In this document: in pieces, positions 46,202 to 53,862 of the stretch
How the letters are laid out: every line of letters begins with the position of its first letter
How positions within the stretch are numbered: position 1 is the stretch's first letter
Source: an uncultured virus (IMG/VR IMGVR_UViG_3300042864_001264)
Taxonomy: Duplodnaviria; Heunggongvirae; Uroviricota; Caudoviricetes
Direction: 5' to 3' (one strand)
IMG/VR virus record: IMGVR_UViG_3300042864_001264
Length of the DNA stretch: 53,864 nucleotides
The notes under the pieces: model-generated
What the model saw: the letters and a program-made list of their open reading frames with translations, nothing else
What the model was told of the DNA's origin: nothing
The model's database searches: none
Translations under genes and position numbers: made by a program

Positions 46202-46903
46202 ATGTATATTGTAACTGGGTCAGCTTCTGGCATAGGCAAAGCTATATACAATTCATTAAAAGAAAACAGCACAGTATTGGGTGTAGACATTCTTTCATCT
46301 GATATTGTCTGTGATCTTTCAATTAAAGAAAATATAGAAGATCTTGTTTTTAATATACTGCCAGAAAAGGGCATAGATGGGATAGTTACATCTGCTGGAG
46401 TAATTGGTGGTAAAGATATAATACCTCTTAACTACTATGGTTCAACTAGACTTGTGAGCAGAATACACAATAAATATGGGTACGTTAACGCAATCCTTCT
46501 GGGATCTATAATATATACACATGCCAAGACAAATAGCCATCTAATATCTTTATTACTTGATGATAAAGAAGAAGAGGCGATATCTTATTCAAAAGAAAAT
46601 AATCTTACTGACACAGAAGTATATGCGTCCTGTAAGCTAGCTTTAAATTTTTGGTCAAGAAATTTTATTAAAAATAACAATAATGCTAGAATAAATGTAG
46701 TACATCCATCTCTTACTAAAACTGGAATGACAGAAAAGTATATAGATAAAGAAATTATAAAAATTATTTTTTCCGAAGATATTAATAAAGCATATATAGG
46801 AGGTCCAGAAGAGGTGTCTGATTTAATTTGTTATTTAATTAAAAATTCAAAATCTGTTAATGGACAGTCTATCTTTATAGATAATGGTGTATATGAACAA
46901 TAG
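46202..46903 (+). CDS. Short-chain dehydrogenase/reductase (SDR)
   Basis: TGSASGIG, SAG, YASCK, GQSIFIDNG. Confidence 0.85.
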   Translation: MYIVTGSASGIGKAIYNSLKENSTVLGVDILSSDIVCDLSIKENIEDLVFNILPEKGIDGIVTSAGVIGGKDIIPLNYYGSTRLVSRIHNKYGYVNAILLGSIIYTHAKTNSHLISLLLDDKEEEAISYSKENNLTDTEVYASCKLALNFWSRNFIKNNNNARINVVHPSLTKTGMTEKYIDKEIIKIIFSEDINKAYIGGPEEVSDLICYLIKNSKSVNGQSIFIDNGVYEQ

Positions 46904-47108
46904 AGTTCTTAAAGATGGCTCAACGGTTGAGTCTTTAGATTCACCAATAGAATTGATTATTCATACAAAAGCACCAGGGAAATGGAAGATAACCGATATG
47001 GAAACTGGAGAAGAGTATTATGGAAGCTCAGTTACTCATCCAGACTACGGATTTATACTGAGGAGCAAAGTGTTCTCTGGTAAAATAGGATCATGGGTAA
47101 AAATATGA
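46893..47108 (+). CDS. Hypothetical protein
   Basis: HTKAPGKW...DMETGEEY. Confidence 0.6.
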   Translation: MNNRVLKDGSTVESLDSPIELIIHTKAPGKWKITDMETGEEYYGSSVTHPDYGFILRSKVFSGKIGSWVKI

Positions 47109-48418
47109 AAGAAGTCAATGATCTTTTATTAGATTATGGTCCAGATTATTTAGTCTCTCTTCAAAGAACATATGGAGATCTTTTTTGCTATAAACTAAAT
47201 TTAGATAAAGGGGGAGAAGATCCTGTAAAAAAATACATATTTGCATTTGATGCTGACTTTGTTAATGAAGTTTATGTAAAACAGTATAAAAATTTTGAAA
47301 AATCTGGCGGATGGAACATAATAAGAAAAGCTTTAGGTAACGGCTTATTGACTACAGAGGAACCAGTTCATCTAAAGCACAGGAGAATAATAAATCCAAG
47401 CTTCCATGTAAATAAAATCAATTTATATTTAAATAAAGCTTTATCGGTAATAGAAGAAGAAACTGACAAATGGCTTGAAAAAGATGTTATAGATATTAAT
47501 GCAGAAATGCTATCCTTATCGTATAAAATCTTAACAAACACAATATTTAATGACGACATGTTAGAAAATGCTGATGATCTAAAAATAATATTTTTTAAAA
47601 TATTAGAGAAAGCCTCCCCAGGACATAAGTTTAAAGAGGGTGATTTTGATAATTTTTCAAATAGATTAAATACTTTGATGGATAATGTAATTAAGAATAG
47701 AATAGCTAATGAAACTGAAGATAAGGACTTTATTGATTTACTAATACTTGCTTCTATAAAAGACGAAGACATTTCAATACAAGACATATCTGATCAAGTT
47801 ATAACTATGCTGCTAGCTGGGCATGAAACAACAGCGAGCACATTGGTTTGGGCTTTATGTAATATTACTCAAGATAAAGAAGGCTGGGGGAATATTAATA
47901 AGGAGTCTCATTCCTTATTAGAAGTAAATAAAGACAATATAGTTAATAATATTAAAGATGCTAATCTATCAAGATTTGTAATAAATGAGTCTTTAAGGCT
48001 TTATTCTCCAGTTTGGATGAGTCCACGAAAAGCTTTGGTAGACACAACAATAGGAGACGTATTCATAGAGGCAGGTACACATGTAATCTTAAGCTCATAC
48101 GTAACTCATAGAAATGAAAAATATTTTACAAATCCTGACGTTTTTGACTTTATGAGATGGGATAATAACCTAGAAGACTCCTTGCCAGACGGCGCCTACT
48201 GGCCATTCAACCTTGGTCCACGCAAATGTATAGGGTATCAGTTTGCTATTATTCAATCTCAATTAATTCTAATGGAAATTTCTAGAAAGATGAATTTAAC
48301 TTTAGTTGGAGATTTTCCTAAAGGAGAAATACTAGCTACATATAGACCAGCAGGTAAAGTCATGATGAAAGTATCCAAGAGGTATACTCCAAACAGCACT
48401 GAAAATGGTATAATATAA
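47093..48418 (+). CDS. Cytochrome P450 (start may be 47105)
   Basis: GLLT...HRRII, AGHETT, ESLRLYSP, heme motif FNLGPRKCIG. Confidence 0.92.
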   Translation: MGKNMKEVNDLLLDYGPDYLVSLQRTYGDLFCYKLNLDKGGEDPVKKYIFAFDADFVNEVYVKQYKNFEKSGGWNIIRKALGNGLLTTEEPVHLKHRRIINPSFHVNKINLYLNKALSVIEEETDKWLEKDVIDINAEMLSLSYKILTNTIFNDDMLENADDLKIIFFKILEKASPGHKFKEGDFDNFSNRLNTLMDNVIKNRIANETEDKDFIDLLILASIKDEDISIQDISDQVITMLLAGHETTASTLVWALCNITQDKEGWGNINKESHSLLEVNKDNIVNNIKDANLSRFVINESLRLYSPVWMSPRKALVDTTIGDVFIEAGTHVILSSYVTHRNEKYFTNPDVFDFMRWDNNLEDSLPDGAYWPFNLGPRKCIGYQFAIIQSQLILMEISRKMNLTLVGDFPKGEILATYRPAGKVMMKVSKRYTPNSTENGII

Positions 48419-48420
48419 AT

Positions 48421-49248
48421 ATGTTTACAGATAACCCTAATATAGAGCAAATTGCACCCAAGATATGGATTTATAAAAACTTTATCAACGGTGAGCTTTT
48501 GGAAAAAATAGAGAACATAGTACAGAATAGTGCTGGGGGTGCTAAAAGTATAGATCATAATCTTGAATGGTACAACTCTAGAAGCACCGATACAATCTAT
48601 GATCTCCTAGAGGTTTGGGAGATGGCTAGTGAGCTAATCTATCCAGAACTTGTCATGCACCCACAGTCCTATCTACTTGTATCAAGACCCGATCAAGAGG
48701 GGATGTTTATCCACTCTGACGCACCAGGAGAGCCTCATGAGAACTGCGGGCCAGTGTGTGGGGTATGTGACATAGAATCAGCTAAGTTAATCTCAGAAGA
48801 TAGATGGAATACTTGCTGCAGATTACACTACGGACTAGTTATATATTTTGGTGAATTTGAAGGTGGAGAAATATTTTATCCACATGTAAACAGCAATGGT
48901 GAATGGGTTGGTGCAAGTAAGCCAATCGAGGAAGGTAATGAGCTTAGAATTAAACCAGGCAGAGGTGATCTTGTAATACATGGAGCACACAATGATTATG
49001 CTCATGGCGTTGATCCAGTATCAAGTGGAGTAAGGTTTGCGTTTTCAAACTTTGTTTTGCCGACTGCATCAAATCCAGGAACATTTTATCCATACAAATC
49101 AGATGAATACAATGCTCAGATAAAAAGAGCAAAAGAAACTAAAAGCTTGAAAGAGTGGATGACCCCAATAAATGGATTTAAGTGGGAGAACCCAGAAGAT
49201 GTACAGAAAGAAAGAGAAGAAGGCATAACTGGTTTAAGATACAGATAG
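48421..49248 (+). CDS. 2OG-Fe(II) oxygenase, prolyl-4-hydroxylase-like
   Basis: HSD...FEGGEIFYP...KPGRGDL...AHGV...GVRF. Confidence 0.82.
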   Translation: MFTDNPNIEQIAPKIWIYKNFINGELLEKIENIVQNSAGGAKSIDHNLEWYNSRSTDTIYDLLEVWEMASELIYPELVMHPQSYLLVSRPDQEGMFIHSDAPGEPHENCGPVCGVCDIESAKLISEDRWNTCCRLHYGLVIYFGEFEGGEIFYPHVNSNGEWVGASKPIEEGNELRIKPGRGDLVIHGAHNDYAHGVDPVSSGVRFAFSNFVLPTASNPGTFYPYKSDEYNAQIKRAKETKSLKEWMTPINGFKWENPEDVQKEREEGITGLRYR

Positions 49249-49251
49249 CTA

Positions 49252-49280
49252 TTGACAGGCACGGACTTATTTACTATAAT
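49252..49280 (+). promoter_or_regulatory. Leaderless promoter
   Basis: TTGACA-17-TATAAT-6-ATG. Confidence 0.75.
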
Positions 49281-49286
49281 AGGTAT

Positions 49287-49406
49287 ATGCCAAATAAAGA
49301 ACCTAAAATTATGAAAATGGACTGGCGTTCATTAGGCTATTGGCCTGTATATAAAGACGGCAAGATGACATGGGAAAAGGATCCAGATGAACGAACAGCA
49401 GTTTGA
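49287..49406 (+). CDS. Micro-protein (39 aa)
   Basis: MPNKEPKIMKMDWRSLGYWP...; start defined by the promoter. Confidence 0.55.
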   Translation: MPNKEPKIMKMDWRSLGYWPVYKDGKMTWEKDPDERTAV

Positions 49407-49506
49407 TGAAGAGTTTAATGTAGATTTATTGACCCAGTTTATTGTTGAAAAAGCAAAAGCCGAAGTCAAGTCTAGGTACGGGAACAAGAAAAGACATAGA
49501 CAATGA
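49387..49506 (+). CDS. Micro-protein (39 aa)
   Basis: MNEQQFDEEFNVDLL...GNKKRHRQ; SD AAGGA. Confidence 0.5.
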   Translation: MNEQQFDEEFNVDLLTQFIVEKAKAEVKSRYGNKKRHRQ

Positions 49507-49769
49507 TTGAATGGTTGGCAAGACGTATATTTAGCTGGACAAGCCTAAGAGAAGAGGTAGTCAAAGAAGTACATTTCTATGACTATTTAGACAGCATAAT
49601 GAAAGATCCTGAGTCAATGAAAACTGCTGCATCATTTTACCCAGATTTAGATGGATACAGAGGATGGTCTAAAAACCCAGATACTGGGAAGTATTATTTT
49701 AACGATGTGCCAGAAGATAACTTAATGGACGCTATGCTTCAGTTAGAAAAAATGGAATCTAATGAATAA
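49503..49769 (+). CDS. Hypothetical protein
   Basis: Coupled 88-aa ORF. Confidence 0.6.
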   Translation: MIEWLARRIFSWTSLREEVVKEVHFYDYLDSIMKDPESMKTAASFYPDLDGYRGWSKNPDTGKYYFNDVPEDNLMDAMLQLEKMESNE

Positions 49770-50349
49770 AGAAATAGATATTAAAAAGTGGGAAGATTAC
49801 AGGGCTTCCAGCAAGGTACTCCACATAAAATCATTTAAGCAATTAGATACTTCTTGGGATAGCATGATAGATCTAATTAATAAAGCTTTGCATACAGGCT
49901 CAGATACATATGTGGATTCCAATAAGAATTATAAGGAAGACAAATATGTTTATCAAAACGATGTTGCTTCAGTTTTAAGAACGATAGGCTATGTTCAATT
50001 TATATCACAAATGCCAATCTCAATATCTGAGATAAATAACTCCATAAAGGAAGTTGATACAGCTTTCGGATCTACAGTTGAAAGAACTTCTGTTCAATTC
50101 TTCTGCAATTTATTTGCAACCGAATATGTATCTGAAGTACACTCAGACCCATGGGATGCAGTTGTTTTGCAGATCAAGGGAGTTACCATATGGGACATGT
50201 ACACTGAGGATAAAAATGATATCATAGAGTCCATAACATTAGAAGAAGGAGACCTACTTCTGGTGCCCACTGGAGCAGTACATAGGGTCACATCAAACTC
50301 ATCCAGAGCTACCTTGAATTTCCCAATACACACAGAAAAGAGAAAATAA
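49762..50349 (+). CDS. JmjC/cupin oxygenase (YcfD/ROX-like core)
   Basis: HSDPWD.VVLQIKG...LEEGDLLLVPTGAVH. Confidence 0.75.
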   Translation: MNKEIDIKKWEDYRASSKVLHIKSFKQLDTSWDSMIDLINKALHTGSDTYVDSNKNYKEDKYVYQNDVASVLRTIGYVQFISQMPISISEINNSIKEVDTAFGSTVERTSVQFFCNLFATEYVSEVHSDPWDAVVLQIKGVTIWDMYTEDKNDIIESITLEEGDLLLVPTGAVHRVTSNSSRATLNFPIHTEKRK

Positions 50350-50353
50350 AAAT

Positions 50354-50650
50354 ATGATTAAACCATATGGTAACCTACTTTTGGTAGCAGAAGATAAGCT
50401 AGAGGATAGAACAACTTCTTCAGGAATTGTATTATCTGCTGCATTTAATGAGCCTTCCCTAAGAACAGGAAAGATCCTGGACATGGGAGAGGGAGAATAT
50501 AATTACAAGGGAGATCTGGTACCAATCAACGGGCTTGATGTCAACGACACAGTCTATTATAATAGGAATAGCGGTATTGATATTGAAGATGAAGATGGAC
50601 AAAAGTACCTTCTAATTAATACTAAGAATATACTTGCAATTAAGAACTAA
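50354..50650 (+). CDS. groES: Co-chaperonin GroES
   Basis: IKPYG..LLV...TSSGIVL...G.G...V.D.V...ILA. Confidence 0.85.
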   Translation: MIKPYGNLLLVAEDKLEDRTTSSGIVLSAAFNEPSLRTGKILDMGEGEYNYKGDLVPINGLDVNDTVYYNRNSGIDIEDEDGQKYLLINTKNILAIKN

Positions 50651-50726
50651 TTAGTATATATAGGCCGCAAAAAGTGAAGCGAAAAAGTAGAAGCCACTTT
50701 TGTCACTACGTGACAGATAGGAATAT

Positions 50727-50876
50727 ATGACTATCAATCTTGAAGCATATTGTGTTATATGTAAAGAAAATGTGGTCGGCAGACTAACAGAGCTTATAGT
50801 ATTAGATTCAGGTAAATGGTTACATAAGGGTGAATGCCCTAATTGTTTTTATGAGATAAAGAGGGTAATGAAGTAA
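50727..50876 (+). CDS. Small zinc-ribbon protein (49 aa, DUF5679-like)
   Basis: AYCVICK...GECPNC. Confidence 0.6.
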   Translation: MTINLEAYCVICKENVVGRLTELIVLDSGKWLHKGECPNCFYEIKRVMK

Positions 50877-51157
50877 TGTGGTCATATGTATTGGCAGCAA
50901 TAGGGGTAACAGGTATATTCTTTGTTGGTCGAAAGACCATCTGGGGATGGCTAGTATTACTTCTAAATGAATGCTTATGGATCGTATATGCTGTAACAAC
51001 TAAGCAATACGGATTTATATTTGCAGCAATTGCATATGCCGTAGTATATATTAAATCCTTCTTACATTGGAAAAATGAAGATGAAGAGGTAACTATCTCA
51101 CATAATGAGATATTAACCAATGGTCATATTGACTCAAGATATATCAAAATCAACTAA
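50876..51157 (+). CDS. Small multi-TM membrane protein (PnuC-like half)
   Basis: Three hydrophobic helices, GW...NECLWIVY. Confidence 0.55.
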   Translation: MWSYVLAAIGVTGIFFVGRKTIWGWLVLLLNECLWIVYAVTTKQYGFIFAAIAYAVVYIKSFLHWKNEDEEVTISHNEILTNGHIDSRYIKIN

Positions 51158-51166
51158 AGGGCGGGA

Positions 51167-51247
51167 ATGAAGACAATAATCTGGATCGGAGTAATAGCTA
51201 TCATAGTTCATATATGCGGAATAATTCTGCAAGTTTATATTAACTAG
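51167..51247 (+). CDS. Membrane micro-peptide (26 aa)
   Basis: MKTIIWIGVIAIIVHICGIILQVYIN. Confidence 0.4.
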   Translation: MKTIIWIGVIAIIVHICGIILQVYIN

Positions 51248-51321
51248 GGGATATAGCTTAATCTGGTGAAAGCAATTGTCTTATATACAATCGAGTCTGG
51301 GTTCAAATCCCAGTATCCCTA
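51247..51321 (+). tRNA. tRNA-Ile(TAT)
   Basis: GGGGATA/TATCCCT acceptor stem, ATTGT-CTTATAT-ACAAT, GGTTCAAAT. Confidence 0.88.
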
Positions 51322-51341
51322 CAATATGGTACAATAAAGAC

Positions 51342-51539
51342 ATGGACAATACAATGGATTATTTATCAGATAATGAAGATGAAGACAAATGGGACAATAT
51401 CCAAAAGGCATGCTGGACTGGTTATAAGCAAGTAGGCATGAAGGATAAAGGTGGAAAACAGGTGCCTAATTGCGTACCTATTAAGAAGTCCTTATTTGGC
51501 ACAGAAGGACCACAGAACCTAATCCCAAGGAATAAGTAA
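51342..51539 (+). CDS. Small protein with CW-x-GY...VPNCVP motif
   Basis: Leaderless start (TACAAT-6-ATG); KACWTGYKQVGMKDKGGKQVPNCVP. Confidence 0.65.
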   Translation: MDNTMDYLSDNEDEDKWDNIQKACWTGYKQVGMKDKGGKQVPNCVPIKKSLFGTEGPQNLIPRNK

Positions 51540-51540
51540 T

Positions 51541-51714
51541 ATGGGTATATTAGATAATTTTGAGGCATATGTAGAATGGGCGGAAGACCAAAAGACAGAG
51601 AAATGCCATTACTGCCAAGCTATAGCTACATATAATGATCTAGCCGAAGTAGATAGAAACTATCAAGTAGTAGGCGTATGTGCATGTCATTCATTTAAAG
51701 GATTATCTTCCTAA
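51541..51714 (+). CDS. Small zinc-finger protein (57 aa)
   Basis: CHYC...CACH. Confidence 0.55.
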   Translation: MGILDNFEAYVEWAEDQKTEKCHYCQAIATYNDLAEVDRNYQVVGVCACHSFKGLSS

Positions 51715-51828
51715 TAAGCACAATATAGACCAAGGAATAAGCTCTAGAAATTAGAGCCATTTGGTCTCTACCTACTATATCCCCCTCCATTTAATCTCCC
51801 TTCTATGAGCCTCCTAGAGGCTTATATA

Positions 51829-51856
51829 GTGGAGTATTGTGGAGTAAAGTGGAGAA
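51829..51856. repeat. Three GTGGAG repeats with 10-bp period
   Basis: GTGGAGTATT-GTGGAGTAAA-GTGGAGAA. Confidence 0.7.
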
Positions 51857-51920
51857 TCATACTATCAATTTAGATCCAAATACTATCATTATATATAGTT
51901 AAATATACCCATGTAATAGA

Positions 51921-51949
51921 ACGCTACCATTTGATGTTCGTAATGTCAA
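51921..51949 (-). promoter_or_regulatory. Leftward promoter facing a non-coding region
   Basis: TTGACA-17-TAGCGT with a TG extension on the - strand. Confidence 0.45.
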
Positions 51950-52027
51950 TGGCCCCATATAGCAGCATATTGGCCTATATTTGTCAATAGGTTTCATATA
52001 AAAAATTCCACGATTTATTTAATTTGT

Positions 52028-52052
52028 TCGTAAAGAGCAATTTTGGCCCATA
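52028..52052. repeat. Dispersed repeat copy A (TCGTAAAG...TTTGGCCC)
   Basis: Matches 52173-52197 and 52924-52947. Confidence 0.7.
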
Positions 52053-52172
52053 TTTATGCCAAAAAATTATGTCTAATTCTGCATAATATATATAACATTT
52101 TGTTATATTCTATGCAGATATTGACAGATTTTGATCTATTTGCTACAAATTCCAGGGCATTTTTTATATGCG

Positions 52173-52197
52173 TCGTAAAGAGAAAATTTGGCCCATA
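52173..52197. repeat. Dispersed repeat copy B
   Basis: TCGTAAAGAGAAAATTTGGCCCATA. Confidence 0.7.
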
Positions 52198-52207
52198 AGA
52201 TGGGCAT

Positions 52208-52249
52208 AAAAAAGTAGGACATATAACTAATTAAAGCTATATGTCCTAC
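52208..52249 (-). terminator. Intrinsic terminator for - strand genes
   Basis: GTAGGACATATA/TATATGTCCTAC 12-bp stem with a T6 tail on the - strand. Confidence 0.7.
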
Positions 52250-52262
52250 CAGGTATTCTATA

Positions 52263-52607
52263 TTAGAATGAATCTAAGTCCATTACGTATTTAGGTTCTC
52301 TTACTCTTGTTTCTTTCATAGAGTCTATTGTGAGGTCTCTATCCACCGCCCCATATTTTGCCTCAATCATATCATTGAGAGCATCTGCTAGCATTAGCCC
52401 CTCAGATGTATAGCCCTTGTCCCATTCTGACTTTAATCTAAGAGCATTGTATTGGATAATATACTTAACTAGTTCCATTAGCCTGTCTTGGGTGTATAAG
52501 GTATGTTCAGTTGTTAGTACATTAGCCATTACTGCTGGTGAGAAGTTAGCATTATTTAGATATGATGTTAGTTTTTCTGCCGCTTTGAATTCGTCTGCTT
52601 TAGCCAT
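52263..52607 (-). CDS. Hypothetical protein
   Basis: 114-aa ORF with SD, own promoter and terminator. Confidence 0.7.
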   Translation of the reverse strand: MAKADEFKAAEKLTSYLNNANFSPAVMANVLTTEHTLYTQDRLMELVKYIIQYNALRLKSEWDKGYTSEGLMLADALNDMIEAKYGAVDRDLTIDSMKETRVREPKYVMDLDSF

Positions 52608-52627
52608 GAGTTCCGCCTTTCGTTTTG

Positions 52628-52657
52628 ATTATACCATTGACCACTGACATTTGTAAA
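52628..52657 (-). promoter_or_regulatory. Promoter
   Basis: TTTACA-18-TATAAT with a TG extension. Confidence 0.6.
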
Positions 52658-52692
52658 TGAAGGGGGACCCGCCTCCGCAGAGGCAGGTCCCC
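52655..52692 (-). terminator. GC-rich stem-loop after the lsr2-like gene
   Basis: GGGGACCTGCCT...AGGCGGGTCCCC, then CTTCATTT. Confidence 0.65.
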
Positions 52693-52703
52693 ACAGTTAG
52701 TTA

Positions 52704-52853
52704 TTACTTAGCTGTCTTCTTATCTGTGAAGACTACGCCTTCCTTTTCCGCCTTTGAGATCACGCCTAGAGCTGCAGCTGAGAAGCGACCACGCTTGCCT
52801 ACTGAGATTCCCTGGGCCTTGAGGTATTCACGAGTTGTTGTTGATGTTGTCAT
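52704..52853 (-). CDS. lsr2: Lsr2-like DNA-binding domain protein (49 aa, not in ORF track)
   Basis: TREYLKAQGISVGKRGRFS resembles the Lsr2 C-terminal RGR AT-hook; SD AAAGGA; own promoter and terminator. Confidence 0.7.
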   Translation of the reverse strand: MTTSTTTREYLKAQGISVGKRGRFSAAALGVISKAEKEGVVFTDKKTAK

Positions 52854-52889
52854 TTGATTTGATCCTTTCTAGATCGAGTTGTTATATAT

Positions 52890-52918
52890 ATTATATCCGA
52901 ATTTCGGGGATTTGTAAA
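52890..52918 (-). promoter_or_regulatory. Promoter of the lsr2-like gene
   Basis: TTTACA-17-TATAAT. Confidence 0.65.
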
Positions 52919-52923
52919 TAGGG

Positions 52924-52947
52924 TCGTAAAGCAATATTTTTGCCCGT
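52924..52947. repeat. Dispersed repeat copy C
   Basis: TCGTAAAGCAATATTTTTGCCC, just upstream of the -35 box. Confidence 0.6.
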
Positions 52948-53003
52948 GTCCCTTAGCATAATGACCGTTATGTCCAAATTGTCCATAACGGCCCATGCTA
53001 TCT

Positions 53004-53198
53004 TTATTTAGTTGTAAGTTCTAGTTCTTCGATGTTATAGGGCTCGATAAGGTTTCCCTTGTTGCGAGCAGGAAGTTTCTTCCATTCTGATTTCGGAGTT
53101 GCCTCCGCAGCATACCAAGCCTCATCACGATTCTCGGCGGTGATAACAATGTAATACTCCTGTACTACATCGCCATAGACTTTGTATTGATTGCTCAT
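53004..53198 (-). CDS. Hypothetical protein
   Basis: 64-aa coupled ORF. Confidence 0.65.
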   Translation of the reverse strand: MSNQYKVYGDVVQEYYIVITAENRDEAWYAAEATPKSEWKKLPARNKGNLIEPYNIEELELTTK

Positions 53199-53332
53199 AG
53201 TCCTACCTGTTCTACTCTATCTTTAATTAATTTAGCAATGATGTTATGGGCCTCGATGTTTTCTGTTTCTGACCCACCCCACAAAAGCTTTTGGGCTTTA
53301 TTTAATTGATCGTTAATGTACTCATCACTCAT
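53195..53332 (-). CDS. Hypothetical protein (45 aa)
   Basis: MSDEYINDQLNKAQKLLWGGSETENIEAHNII...; overlaps both neighbours. Confidence 0.55.
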   Translation of the reverse strand: MSDEYINDQLNKAQKLLWGGSETENIEAHNIIAKLIKDRVEQVGL

Positions 53333-53642
53333 CTTCATCTTCGTCCTCCTCATCATCTTCAAACATTGTATCTACAATGTAGTCACGATTAGTCATCCAT
53401 TCAAGCACATCGTCTTGATGTTGCTCTGCCCCGTATTCCAGGGAGAACCCGTGTCCAGCCTCTACAGCCTCGCACAGGTGTTCCCACATCTGGTCTTGGG
53501 TTACCTTGGCTTTATATGTCTCATCCTCTAGGATGTTATTAATGGTCGACCACGTCCATAGCCAAACCATAGATAAGCCAAGGTCGGTGGTGTCAAGAAT
53601 CTCTAGACATTTGTTTAGTTTATCTTTATCTTCAGGCTTCAT
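53325..53642 (-). CDS. Hypothetical protein with acidic tail
   Basis: 105-aa ORF with SD. Confidence 0.7.
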   Translation of the reverse strand: MKPEDKDKLNKCLEILDTTDLGLSMVWLWTWSTINNILEDETYKAKVTQDQMWEHLCEAVEAGHGFSLEYGAEQHQDDVLEWMTNRDYIVDTMFEDDEEDEDEDE

Positions 53643-53862
53643 CTCGTGCTCCTATCGCAAATGATAAATCATATGTTAGTTGATACAGTTCTACCAGCAT
53701 ATCTAGGCGCCCTTCACATTCTGTTCGGACCATAGAATCCATTGCCTCTTCAGACAACTCCTCCTGCTCTAATGCGCTTGCTAAGTCTTGCTCAGCAATT
53801 AACATTAGATTCTTTAGTTCACCGTGCATTATATCTAATCCACTAACACCTGCATTAACCAA
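53632..53862 (-). CDS. Hypothetical protein (possibly 5'-truncated)
   Basis: ORF runs to the window edge. Confidence 0.6.
   Translation of the reverse strand: MVNAGVSGLDIMHGELKNLMLIAEQDLASALEQEELSEEAMDSMVRTECEGRLDMLVELYQLTYDLSFAIGARDEA

Noticed and set aside
50660..50716. Possible structured RNA after groES (AAAAGTG/CACTTTT; TGTCAC/GTGACA)
   Set aside because: Stems are short and match no motif I can support; may be a weak terminator.
51276..51341. N-terminal extension of ORF 51276-51539
   Set aside because: Overlaps tRNA-Ile; the leaderless ATG at 51342 fits better.
52657..52857. + strand 66-aa ORF
   Set aside because: Antisense to the Lsr2-like gene and its terminator.
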